Positions 10,906 through 22,808 of a stretch of 64,000 nucleotides of DNA are shown in pieces. Both the position numbers and the translations under genes were made by a program. The notes under the pieces were generated by a model. It saw nothing but the letters and a program-made list of their open reading frames with translations, searched no databases and was not told the DNA's origin. The DNA lies in NCBI GenBank assembly GCA_038087875.1, contig CM075989.1, positions 24,678,001 to 24,742,000 on the forward strand. The letters are read 5' to 3'. Numbering within the stretch: position 1 is the first letter of the stretch; the number at the start of each line of letters is the position of its first letter. This DNA comes from Malacoraja senta (lineage: Eukaryota).

Positions 10906-12699
10906 AAAGTATACAGTTCCATGCTCAGCCATTATACTTTAGTTTCATCAATGGCCTTACTTCCATCATAAAGACAGAAGTGGGGACATCCACTGATGAT
11001 CACAATGTTCAACTCTACTTTAGTCTTTTCTTTAGTGATAAAGCATGGAAAGGCCCTTCGGCCCACCAAGTCCCTGCCGACCCGCTCTCAAAGTCCTTCC
11101 TGGCCCTTCTATCATATTGTTTTCTTCCCTTAAACACAGCCAACCACTGCTGTCTCTTGGTAATACATACACCATGCCATCTCCTTATCTGGTGAGATCT
11201 GGGCTGATTCACTCTGTTTCATAGAACATAGAACAGTACAACACAGGAACGGGCCCTTCAGCCCACAATGTTTGTGCCAAATATTATGCCGTTAAACTGA
11301 TCTTACCTGCCAGTAATAATTATCATAAGTTACAGGAACAGAATTAGGCTATTTGGCCCATTGAGTCTACTCCGCCATTCAATCATGGCTGATCTATCTT
11401 TCTGTCTCAACCCCATTCTCCTGCCTTCTCCCCATAACCACTGACACCCGTACTAATCAATACTATCAAGCTCCACGTTAAAAGTACCCATTGACTTGGC
11501 CTCCACAGCTATCTGTGGCAATGAATTCCACAGATTCACCGCCCATGACTAAAGATATTCATCCTCAGCTCCATTCTAACGATATGTCCTTTTATTATGA
11601 ATATGGATTATTGCCTGAAGTGATCCATAATCCCTTTATTCCCGGCACTTCCATGTGCCTTTCCAAAAGTTTCAATATTTTCTCGTGTGGCTAAACTCCT
11701 TCTCTGGAGAGCTGAGGGCCATTGCATCGAGGCACTCAAGTTGATTTGGTTTAACCTCTCATGCCTCCTCTGTCGCTGGTCGATGCATGTGTGCAGTGCC
11801 ATGACCCTCTGCACCACTGGGAGAGGTGTATGGGGAGATGGTGTGAGGGAAGGCAGCGTGAGCAAGCTGTCTCTGTCAGACTGAGCCGAGATCCATGAAT
11901 GGGGGAAGGGATTAACCTAATAATAACAACAGGATGTCGGGCTTCCTGTTTGAGGCCTTGATTTTCACCAGCCAACTAGTTCTTGAAATGACTACAAGTT
12001 GACAGGTTTACTACTCTGACTAGTGAATTTAAAAGTATCTGATGAATCCTCCAATATATAGATGGCTCACTTACACTGCTAACAGAGGCCCTCATTCAGC
12101 CCATCTCCTTTCATGATCAGTACACATTCAGTCAGCAAAGCCTCAGCGATGATTCCAGAGGTTTTCTACATCGGCCCGTCGACGTTCCCGCTTTGAAGAG
12201 ATGCGTTTCCGGACAACATTCCTCAACCGCTCCCATCTTGGGTTTTGCACGTTGCAATGGTGGACTGGGTTGACCAGTTTCATTGATATTTGCCCATTTG
12301 TACAGAATGAATCATTTGTAACTGTGGACCTCCTCTACATGGCGACTCTTTGCATACCTTGTGTGTGGGACACAAAACAAAGCATCTCACTGTGACATGT
12401 CACATGCAATGATAGAGTATCAATCAATCATCTCCTCAATTGACTTGAAAATAGGTCATTTTAACTGGTCGCCAGCGTGGTTGTATAAATTGGCCACATT
12501 CCATTGGAACTGATGGCTTCAGATGGTAATGAGAGTATGGAAGATAGCTGGCGGCAGCATTTAGCTCCATTCTCCAAGGCTGGCCTAACTGATTTAGTTC
12601 AGGAAAGAACTGCAAATGCTGGTTTTAAACCGAAGATAGGCACAAAATGCTGGAGTAACTCAGCAGGACAGGCAGCATCTCTGGAGAGAAGGAATGGGT

Positions 12700-12727
12700 G
12701 ACGTTTCGGGCCGAGACCCATCTTCAG
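12700..12727 (-). ncRNA. Minimal hammerhead ribozyme core in a Penelope-like repeat (~12600-12772)
   Basis: CUGAAGA-U-GGGUC(UC)GGCCC-GAAA-CGUC. Confidence 0.65.
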
Positions 12728-13792
12728 ACTGATGTCGGGAGAGGGAGATACATAAATAAGGAAGTGTAAGGTATGGTTTGGTTGTAGTTTAGAGATACAG
12801 CGAGGAGGACATTGGCTCAGAATCTCTGCTCTGGGTGTAGGAGGGAGTCAAGTGTAATCGGAGAGGAGCTGAAATTGGGCAGGAGAAAAATATATAACGA
12901 TTGTACAAACGTACGGAATAAACAGCGATCGTTAGGGTCATTGTGATAGCAAAAATAATGTGAGCAGCTGATATGAATTTTTAATGAACAGTAAAGTATT
13001 ACCGATGACACAGTGGCATCCACATCCACATGAGGACAGGATGAATGGGTCCCAGAACACTCATTCCATACGGTTCCCCTTGTGTTTGCTGTACATGCAG
13101 GAGCTCATTCACTAATGGAAACCACATTTACCTACACTTGTAGGGATGTTGGATCTCTTCCAAATGACCTTATTTAAATGAATGGAATAGTGGGATTAAC
13201 AAATCATTATCTTCACAAACTCTCAGCACTGCTCAATGCTGTGGCATTGTCAAAGAAACCAGGTCATTTTTAGTCTGAAAAGTGCAGCCTCTTTGGATGT
13301 GTAAAAGAATGAGTGAGTGTGTGATTTAGTGAGTGGCCGGCACGTGGACAATCTAAGTGGTACAAGCGTTCTAGATTGTTACTAGCGGCCAGCTATGAAT
13401 GGGGACGGTGCTGTTGTATTACATACAGTACATCGCATTCAGTAGCTGATGACAGGTGAATAGCGAGCAAATGTGCTGTAAAGGCAGCCGTTAATTAAGA
13501 CCCTGTACTTATGATTTACTGCAGAGCAGCAGAATAATTTGCCTCCAACAATGGCGAAGCATAAAAATATTAGATGTGAGGCAGATCAGTCCCCAACCAG
13601 CACAGACTGGGGTGTGAGTTTTATTTGTTCTTGGGGGAGTTGCTTCAGACATAGAGGTCAGTGTTGGCAACTGAAGCTGATCTCTGTGAGTCTGGTATTG
13701 TCTGTGGTGTCCACCATTTACAGGACAGGTAAAGTTGCCCTGAATATTAATGATGCTTAACTCTGAGCTCTAGGTTGTATCTTCAAACACAT

Positions 13793-14100
13793 GGCTTGGC
13801 ATGGTGGTGCAGTGGTGGAGCTGCTGCCTCACAGCGCCAGGGACCCAGGTTCAATCCTGACTATGGGTGTTGTCAGTACAGAGTTTGTACATTCTCCCCG
13901 TGACCTGCATGGGTTTTCTCCAAGATGTTCAGTTTCCTCCCACACTCCAAAGACGTACAAGTTTGCAGGTTAATTGGCTTGGTATAAGATGTAGAATTGT
14001 CCCTAGTGGGTGTAGAATGGTGTTAATGTGCGGGGATCGCTGGTCGGCGCGGTCTCGGCGGGCCACAGGGCTTGTTTCCGTGCTGTATCTCTAAACCAAA
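13793..14100 (+). mobile_element. V-SINE
   Basis: tRNA-like head, V-domain and tail GGGCTTGTTTCCGTGCTGTATCTCTAAAC. Confidence 0.85.
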
Positions 14101-14212
14101 CATTATGAGAAACTTAGGTAGACAAAAATGCTGGAGAAACTCAGCGGGTGAGGCAGCATCTATGGAGCAAAGGAATAGGTGACGTTTTGGGTCGAGACCC
14201 TCCTTCAGACTT

Positions 14213-14365
14213 CTTCAACATATTGAAAATTTAGCGGTGACCAGAAGGACGCTACGACTTTTTGCGCGACTGAGGAGACGACTCCCGGTGACCACCGGCG
14301 AACATGTGGCAACAAACTAGTCGCCTTTAGTTGCCTAGAAAATCGCCCAAGTGGGACAGGCCCAT
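14213..14365. mobile_element. End fragment of a PIF/Harbinger-like MITE
   Basis: Ends AAGTGGGACAGGCCCATAA, close to the reverse complement of the terminus at 31499; CGAC-rich subterminal motifs. Confidence 0.55.
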
Positions 14366-15435
14366 AAGCAATGGAACTGATGCATTCCTGACCTACCATT
14401 GGCAATCGAGCTGGGCCTCTGCAGCAGCTGAAAGCAGAAACAGTGATCGTTGGTGGATCAGAGTGGGAAGTGGACGAGCCCACAGTGGAAGCAAGGTCGC
14501 GGTCTCAGCAGGTTGTAGAGTGGAGGGGTCACAGGGAAGAGGGGAGACTTGGTGTGGAGGGGTTTGAAGAAGAGGCTTTGTTTAACTGTGCGTCAGGGTG
14601 GGTGAAGAGCAGAGGAGTGAGGGGGGAGTGGGACAATGTGAGCTGGATACAGCCAACAGCATTGGGCGACCTTGACTTCGTGTTTGGTAGAACAAGGTTC
14701 ATAAGTCATAGGAGCAAAATCAGGCCGTTCGGCCCATCACGTCTACTCCGCCATTCAATCATGGCTGATCTATCTTTCCCTCTCGACCCCATTCTCCTGC
14801 CTTCTCCCCTTCACCCCTGACACCCGCACCTAGCCAGGTCGTACGGTCGGCCAGGCCAGAACTGAATGGCAATAATCGGATGAGGAATGTGGAGCGATGG
14901 TTTCAGCAGCAACTGGGTGGGGGCAGGGCAGGGTGGTGGATGTCACAGACCTGGTCACAGGGAGGTTTAGCTCTGACAATGGATACACGTGGCAGAAGAC
15001 TGATGCGGTTTATAACAGATGGTATCTGTTGGCAGAAACATTAAATCAGGGTATAGTCCACCCTCACAGCTGGGTGTAAGCAACACCATGGGGCTAATCA
15101 ATAAACAGCAGGGAATTCTAACATTTGTCCCTCAGCTCCCAGTAGACGACAGCTAATCCGATCAGTGCCATTGGCAACTGCTTGTTGCGTACACATTAGC
15201 TGTAATTTCCTCCCTTCTTACCGTTGTAAAGTGTAATATACATTGAGGTGTTCTGAGCAAAGGGACACGACAACAGTAATGGAACTTTTGTTTTCACAAA
15301 GAGATGGAAAAAAAGCCAGTAGACCAAGAATAATTTGTATAATAAAGATAATTGCTGCATTTACGTGTCAGAAGTAACTGCAGATGCTAGTTTACACTGA
15401 AGATAGACACCAAATGCTGGAGTAACTCAGCAGGT

Positions 15436-15698
15436 CATAAGTGATATGAGTAGAATTAGGCCATTCGGCCCATCAAGTCTACTCCGCCATTCAATCATGG
15501 CTGATCTATCTCTCCATCCTAACCCCATTCTCCTGCCTTCTCCCCATAACCTCTGGCACCCGTACTAATCAAGAATCTATCTATCTCTGCCTTAAAAATA
15601 TTCACTGACTTACCCTCCACAGCCTTCTGTGGCAAAGAATTCCACAGATTCACCACCCTCTGACAAAATACATTTCTCCTCATCTCCTTCCTAAAGGA
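15436..15698 (-). mobile_element. CR1 3' fragment inserted in a Penelope-like repeat
   Basis: Encodes FCQRVVNLWNSLPQKAVE; Penelope-like sequence resumes on both sides. Confidence 0.8.
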
Positions 15699-15740
15699 AT
15701 GGCAGCATCTCTGGAGAAAGGAATAGGTGATGTTTCGGGT

Positions 15741-15768
15741 CTGATGAAGGGTCTCGACCCGAAACGTC
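15741..15768 (+). ncRNA. Minimal hammerhead ribozyme core
   Basis: CUGAUGA-A-GGGUC(UC)GACCC-GAAA-CGUC; short stem I GGGU/ACCU. Confidence 0.7.
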
Positions 15769-17624
15769 ACCTATTCACTTTCTCTGTCAGTACACTCATG
15801 TTGTTTGGTGGGCTGCTGCTGATTAAATTATAACGTTACAACGGAAGTACAACATTGTCACCGTCAGTAAACATATTCCAGCTCAAACCTCACTCATGGG
15901 TTTCCCATTCCTGGAGAAAGTTTGCTCTTCTGCAAGAACCAGAAGATAAATAATCCAAGGCCTGATTGTCCCGTCTGTCGTAAGAGTGGACTCTAAAGGG
16001 AGCAGTCATTTCACATCTGTGTTTGAAACCAGATATAATAAATTGAGATAATTGTTTTGCAATGATGGGATTTGTCAAATTTATTGGGTTTGGTAACATG
16101 AATGAACAATGATTAAATTGCCAATTCCATTCATCTATAAAGCTTAAAAATTTACCTGAGAAATATTTACTGTACAGACAGCACCCGTAGTCAGGATCGA
16201 ACCCGGGTCTCTGATGCTGTATTGGAGTGAATAAACTCTGAGGTCATCAAGAGTGAAGAGTATATATTTTAGACAGCCATAGAGATCGGAAGAAATTAGA
16301 ATTAAGTTTAATATTTTCAATTATTTATCTAAGTATCATTAATTATTTATTAATAGCTTTTAAAAATGGACAGATTATTTTGCAAAGCCCTGATTATTTT
16401 GACAGCTGGTCGAGAGTATTGTCTGTCAGAGTCGTCCCGAGGAGTGTCAAGATGTGAAGTCGTTCTGCTCCATCTGTGTCACCCATTACATCATCTGAAC
16501 ATGAGTGCCACTGGGAGCATCTGTCAGAGTGCGATTGGCCTTCAGATGAGGATAAGGTAAGGCTGGAGAAGACGGGTGAAGTTAATCATGATGAGTTCAT
16601 GTCCGTAAAATCCAGGTTGTGGATATTTATCCATTACAGAGCAGAACAAGGCTGCTTTGGCCATTAAAGAAACGCATTCTGGCTCATCTGTTTGTCTGTT
16701 ATCCCACTTATACTGGAGTCCCACTGAGATCAAATTTACTTCAACTCTAGATATTCTGGTGTGAAGGTGATTCTCAGAGTCTGTACAAACAATTCCCTTT
16801 GTGTGACAGGAATTTACTTGAACGATTCTATATTGATGTCCTGCAGTGAAGCGTTCATCTCCAACTTCATATTTAACCGATTGGAGAATCTTACATTCAC
16901 GTTTATATCTGGTCATTTTGTTGTCCAACCATTGATATTTTGTTCACATGTCACTGCTGTTCCACTATAACCTTGATTGGTGAACTACTGGGTGGAAGGA
17001 GTTTTAACATCGCTGCTTTGCCCTAGGAGTGAGTGTCACCTGAATTAGGAAAAATGTTCCCGATGTTGGGGGAGTCCAGAACCAGGGGTCACAGTTTAAG
17101 TATAAGGGGTAGGCCATTTAGGACTGAGATGATGAAAATCATTTTCAACCAGAGAGTTGAGAATCTGTGGAATTCTCTGCCACAGGCTGTAACATCGTGA
17201 AGCCGCGGTCTGCGGAGCTTCTAGCCGCAGGCGTGGCGTGGACTTACCATCCCGGAGCCAGGGATCCCTTGCCGGGGATCGCTGGAGAAGAGCTCCGACG
17301 GCTGGCCTGCCTGCGGCCTATAACATCGAGAAGCCGCGGTCTCCGCTAAAAAAGTGGCTGATTCGGGCACTCCAAGCCGTGGAGTGGGTTTCATCCGTCC
17401 CGACGTCGGAGCTTCGATCATCCCGACGAGGGCACCTGTACATCGGGCCGTCCGTAACAGCGAATGCGTAGGGTCAAGGCCCCAAACACGGGCGAACAAA
17501 AGGAGGAAGGCTGACTGAACTTTATTGCCTTCCATCACAGTGATCACTGTGGGGAATGTTTATGTTAAGTTCTATCGTTCTTTTTAATTGTGTTGTGTTC
17601 TTTTAATTGTATGGATGCATGGTA

Positions 17625-18654
17625 TAGGTATGTTACAAAACTTACCTTCAGCGGCGCTGCTGTTCTGCCACTGGCCGTGTGCGCGACTTTGGCGCCTTTG
17701 AGAGGCGGGCGGGATTAAAATGCCGTTTTCTCCTGCCTGTCGAAGTCGAATTTCTCAGGCTGTTTAGCTGCTGCAGAGAAATCGCCCCGACATCCGTTCT
17801 ATCAAGTTTTTTTTAAATATCGCTGGATAATTTAATTGCTGGAGTAAAATAAAAATCGACTTCTAAAGCCGTCAACACTGACAACGGGACGGATTTCCCG
17901 TACGGGACAGATAAAGGTAAGACGTTTATTTTACATATAAACGTGCTTCTTAGGATTACTTTAATCCAAATTTTACATTGCAAAAAGGTGATTTATGCCC
18001 CATACGAACCGGTAGTGTTTGTCCTGCCGATATGGGGTTTAAATTAACCGCAAACCGCAACGTTCCAATCGATCCCGTTCCACAAAATCCCACTCGCAAG
18101 ATGATTAAAATGGCCATTAATTTACGGGAATAAAACACTAAATTCCTTCCATTTGGCCTATAAATTCATGACAATGAGATTTAAAAATCATGTTATATTG
18201 TGAATTCTTGTGTGAATGTTATTTGGACACTTAGGCTATTTAAAAATGTTAACCTTTTCTTAAGAAATGGATAGATGTTTAGATCTAGTAATTGAATTTT
18301 GTAATTGGCTACAATTAGGTAACTAACTAATTATATGCTTTAATTTCAGGTCATCCAAGTATGATTGTTTCATATTTGTTTCAGAATGCTTCAATCTATA
18401 ATAACTGAACATTTCATTCAGTTCTCTTAATTTTTAAGAAAGTTATGGGCTTTTGACTGTCCTTGATCACAGCATTTGAGTTGAGTCAATAGGGAACAAG
18501 ATGCTAATTTCCGGGTATGAAAATGGCCATAACCTTTTTAATACTGAAGATATGAAAGTGAATTAGGTGTCAAATTAAACTTCTTTTTATGCTTTATCTG
18601 ATGGGTAAATTGCAGACTTTATTTTTAAATTCTCAAAATGTTGTAACATTACTA
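17625..18654. mobile_element. Non-autonomous DNA transposon, ~1 kb
   Basis: TIRs TAGGTATGTTACAA / TTGTAACATTACTA; 7-bp TSD CATGGTA at 17618-17624 and 18655-18661; no transposase ORF. Confidence 0.8.
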
Positions 18655-18807
18655 CATGGTAACTCAAATATCACTGTACCTTAAATTGGTGCATGTGAGA
18701 ATAAATGTGAATCTGAATCTGAATTCACTGGATGTTTTCAAGAGAGAGTTGGATTTTGTTCTTAGGGCTAACGGAATCAAAGGATATGGGAAAAAGCAGG
18801 GTACTGA

Positions 18808-19112
18808 TTTTAGAGATACAGCATAGAAACAGGCCCTTCGGCCCACCAAGTCCCTGCCGACCATCGATCACCCATTCACACTAGTTCTATGTTAACCCTC
18901 TTTCCCATCCACTCCGTATAAACTGGGGGCCTTTTTTTTACAGAGTGTCAATTAACCTACAAACCCGCACATCTTTGGGTTGTGGGAGGAAACCGGAGCA
19001 CCCAGAGGAAACCCACATGGTCAAAGGGAGAAAATACAAACTCCACACAGGCAGCACCCGTAGTCAGGATCGAACCCGGGTCTCTGGCGCTGTGAGACAA
19101 TTGCTCTACCAA
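18808..19112 (-). mobile_element. V-SINE
   Basis: Reverse-complement tail, V-domain and B-box. Confidence 0.8.
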
Positions 19113-20231
19113 CCTATTATGGTAATGCAATGGCTTTAGATGTGGCCTATACAGTGTAAAATCTAGGTTCATATCTCACACATACTCCAGTTCTAGCGCA
19201 TGGAAGTTGCTATCGACAAGTTCAGTTGTAAATTTTACAGTGTCAACCATCAGGATATAATCGTGACATGAGATTCTGTGGAGCATGTGTGTATATCTCA
19301 CTCCTTACTCTTCTGGAAAGTACTTTACATTCAGCTTCCAATATAATGGAGCCCTGCCACATAAACAGTCCCTCACCCCATCATAACAGTAACCAGAAAC
19401 TAGGCTGATATCCTCAGAATGTCCACATAATAAATGGTACAGGAAATGGCAGATTGGGGGCTGGAGCGGGACATATCCAACCGAAAATGGAGATAAAATA
19501 TACTGTGTAAAATATTCTTCAGAAGAAGAAGGGTTTTGGCCCGTAACGTTGCCTATTTCCTTCGCTCCATAGATGCTGCCTCACCCGCTGAGTTTCTCCA
19601 GCACTTTTGTCTACCTTCGATTTTCCAGCATCTGCAGTTCCTTCTTGAACATAAAATAAATTGCAACAGAGCAGAGGGCCCACTTGGAACATTCATAAGG
19701 GACAGGAGTAGAATTAGGCCATTCGGCCCATCAAGTCTAAGTCCTATCACTGAACCTTCCTATCACCAACTAGAGAGTGGCGCTGACCTCCCATCTACCT
19801 CATTGGTGACCCTTTGACTCTTTGGCAGAGAGAGTAGGGAGAAACAAATGGGAGAAGTCCGTCTCCTTCTAGTGTACTGTCACTGTGTTATGGAGCTCGC
19901 TGCTTCCTGGGCCATTGCCCATGGCTATGACAGCTATAAGTTGAAATATCTGCAATCCTTTCCTGGATGAGCTCTGCTTGGTTTGAGAAGGATTTTCTGA
20001 TATCAAGCGAACACTTAATCAAGAGTCAAGTCAAGAGAATTTTATTGTCATGTGTAGGACAAATAATACAATGAAATTCTTGCTTGCTGCAGCACAACAG
20101 AATGGGAGATAAAAGTTCAGTGTGTCTATAGACCATTGACCATATATACACAATAAATAAACAGATAAAGTGCATCAGTAATAATAGACTGTTATTGTTC
20201 AGAGCTTGTTTGATGTCGTGTTTAAGAGCCT

Positions 20232-20291
20232 GAGAGAAGGAATAGGTCTGAAGAAGGGTCTCGACCCGAAACGTCACCCATTCCTTCTCTC
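20232..20291 (+). ncRNA. Type I minimal hammerhead ribozyme with long stem I
   Basis: Stem I 20232-20247 pairs with 20276-20291 (15 of 16 pairs); CUGAAGA 20248-20254; stem II GGGUC/GACCC; GAAA 20268-20271; GUC cleavage triplet ends at 20275. Confidence 0.75.
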
Positions 20292-21488
20292 CAGAGATGC
20301 TGCCTGTCCCGCTGAGTTACTCCAGCATTCTGTGTCTATCTTCGGTTTAAACCAGCATCTGCAGTTCCTTCCTGCACACTTCATTTACCTCTTGTGCTGC
20401 AACTGCAGTATGCATCAGTTATCACACAAAGGAAGTATTGTTATTTGTGAAGAGCAGTCTGCTATGTTACTTGTTGGCAGTTTGACTGTTTTGAATGGAG
20501 CCATTATGGTTTCCCTGGCTATTGAAATAGACTCAATTACATTTACAGAGATTATGGGAATGAGATGCAATCCAATGTTACAAGTTAGCTTTTCAGTTCC
20601 ATATATCTTGTGTTAAAGTGTGGCTTTAAAAACAGAATGATAAACCCTCAAAGTGTTTATGGGTGAGGCTGAGAAAAAGATATTAATATTTTGCCTTCGT
20701 GCAAAATCTTTTTCTTTTGTTTACCTTTTGCAATTGAAAACCAATCACAATAAAAATCTGGGTTAGATTCAACTCCAGAATAAAAATAGCAATCATCCCC
20801 CCCAAAAATATGTAAATAATAATGTCTCTGCTGTAATTGTGAGGTGGGATGTGTGATCTGTGAAGCACTGGGAATCCTCACACAGTTAGTGCCTGAGTCG
20901 TCCATGTTAGTGTTCTCTGTAATTGGGGGACAGATAGCTTGCTGAGCGCATTCTTGTCCTGAGTCCAGAGAAAACGGCCTTATGTGCATAAGGTCATAAG
21001 GAATAGGAGTAGAATTAGGCCATTCGGCCCATCGAATCTATTCCGCCATTCAATCATGGCTAATCTATCTCTAACTATCCCCATTCTCCTGCCTTCTCCC
21101 CATACAGCATGGAAGCAGGCCCTTCGGCCCACTGAGTTCGCGCCGACCAACATTCACCCTTACACTAGTTCTACCCTACACACGAGGGACAATTTGCAGA
21201 AGCCAATTAACCTACAAACCTGCATGTCTTTGGAATGTGGGAGGAAACCAGAACACCCGGAGAAAACCCACACTGTCACTGGGGTACTGTACAAACTCCG
21301 TACAGACAGTACCCGAGGTCAGGATGGAACCCGGGTGTCTGGCGCTGTGAGTACATGTCACACACAGAACTGAATGAGGTGTGGCCTTTTGGAGATCTGC
21401 TTATCTCAGGGTTTTGGGGTGAATATTACAGAGCCCAGGACAATACTTTGACGAGCAGAACATTTTTCCCAGATATCCTGGTCCTAAA

Positions 21489-21927
21489 GAATGGGTCGAC
21501 TGGGCTTATATTCACTGGAATTTATCAGGATGAGAGGGCATCTTATAGAAATATATAGAATTCTTAAGGGATTGGACAGGCTAGATGCAGGAAACATGTT
21601 CCCCATGTTGGGGGACTCCAGAACCAGGAGTCACAGTTTAAGAATAAGGGGTGGGCTATTTAGGACTGAGATGAGGAAAATCTTTTTCACCCAGAGAGTT
21701 GTGAATCTGTGGAATTCTCTGCCACAGAAGGCAGTGGAGGCTAATTCACTGGATGTTTCCAAGGGAGAGTTATATTTAGCTCTTAGGGCTAACGGAATCA
21801 AGGGATATGGGTAGAAGGCAGGAGCGGGGTACTGATTCTGGATGATCAGCCATGATCATATTGAATGGCGGTGCTGGCTCAAAGTGCCGAATGGCCTACT
21901 CCTGCACCTATTGTCTATGTTTCTATG
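21489..21927 (+). mobile_element. CR1 3' fragment inserted in a DeuSINE-like relic
   Basis: ORF 21491-21814 RLGLYSLEF...FFTQRVVNLWNSLP; tail TCTATGTTTCTATG; AAAACAGATTATCAGGTCATTATCACATTGCTG follows. Confidence 0.85.
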
Positions 21928-22808
21928 GTCAAAATGCATCTATCACCCACCACATCCAAAACAGATTATCAGGTCATTATCACATTGCTGCCTCCGAAAC
22001 GTGATATGCAAAAAATTGCTCGTTGTATAACCATAGTGACTACTGGAGAAAACTGGGGAATCAATGAGAGGTGGTGCCTTTGATGTGGTCAGCATGGATG
22101 TTAGCCACCACTTGGTAAAGTTCCATGACCGACTGATCTCAAAATTAAACGTCCACAATGATGATACCTCACTGGTTGTAAATGTATTTTTTATACATCC
22201 TGACATTGTCTCTGTTCTGTGGATTGTAATTTTGCCAGTTATATTTGTTAATATGTGGCTCCTACTAGAAAAGGCATCTAATTTATACCTGATGGTGAAA
22301 TGATATAATTGTGTCAAACCCTAATGTTTGAAGTGTCAGAAAAGTCTTGAAAGAATAAAGATCGGTCAACAGATTCTGATAACGTTTTAGCAAGGAATTC
22401 ACAACACATTTCTACAAATGCTAGCAAGCAACAAAAGCTTTTCACTGTACATTTAACACGTGACAATAAACTAAACTAATGTAATGGAAACGCCTCCCTG
22501 CTCAAGAAATCTTGGCAATATTAAATAAGCAAAACTGAAGAATATTGCAAGGAAGGGTCTCGACCCGAAACGTTACCCATTCCTTCTCTCCAGAGATGCT
22601 GCCTGTCCCGCTGAGTTACTCCAGCATTTTGTGTCTATCTTTGATTTAAACCAGCATCTGCAGTTCTTACCTACACATGAAGAATATTACATGGCCATTG
22701 CAGAAACTCATCCCCATTTACAAACAGCAAAGGCCATTTAGCAGTGGAGACTGGCTGACCGTAAATAATGAGATGTCTCCAGTGAATAAAGTGTGGCACT
22801 TACTGTAT

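Noticed and set aside
12150..12395. CpG-containing stretch with open frames on both strands
   Set aside because: No recognisable protein or convincing splice sites
16406..16556. Possible exon with TTTTGACAG acceptor and AAG/GTAAGG donor
   Set aside because: Only one frame is open, the peptide is unrecognisable and no partner exons were found
17536..17551. CACAGTGATCACTGTG, two inverted V(D)J heptamer-like sequences
   Set aside because: No nonamer at 12- or 23-bp spacing and no V, D or J segments; it lies inside a repeat. Other CACAGTG hits I checked also lack nonamers
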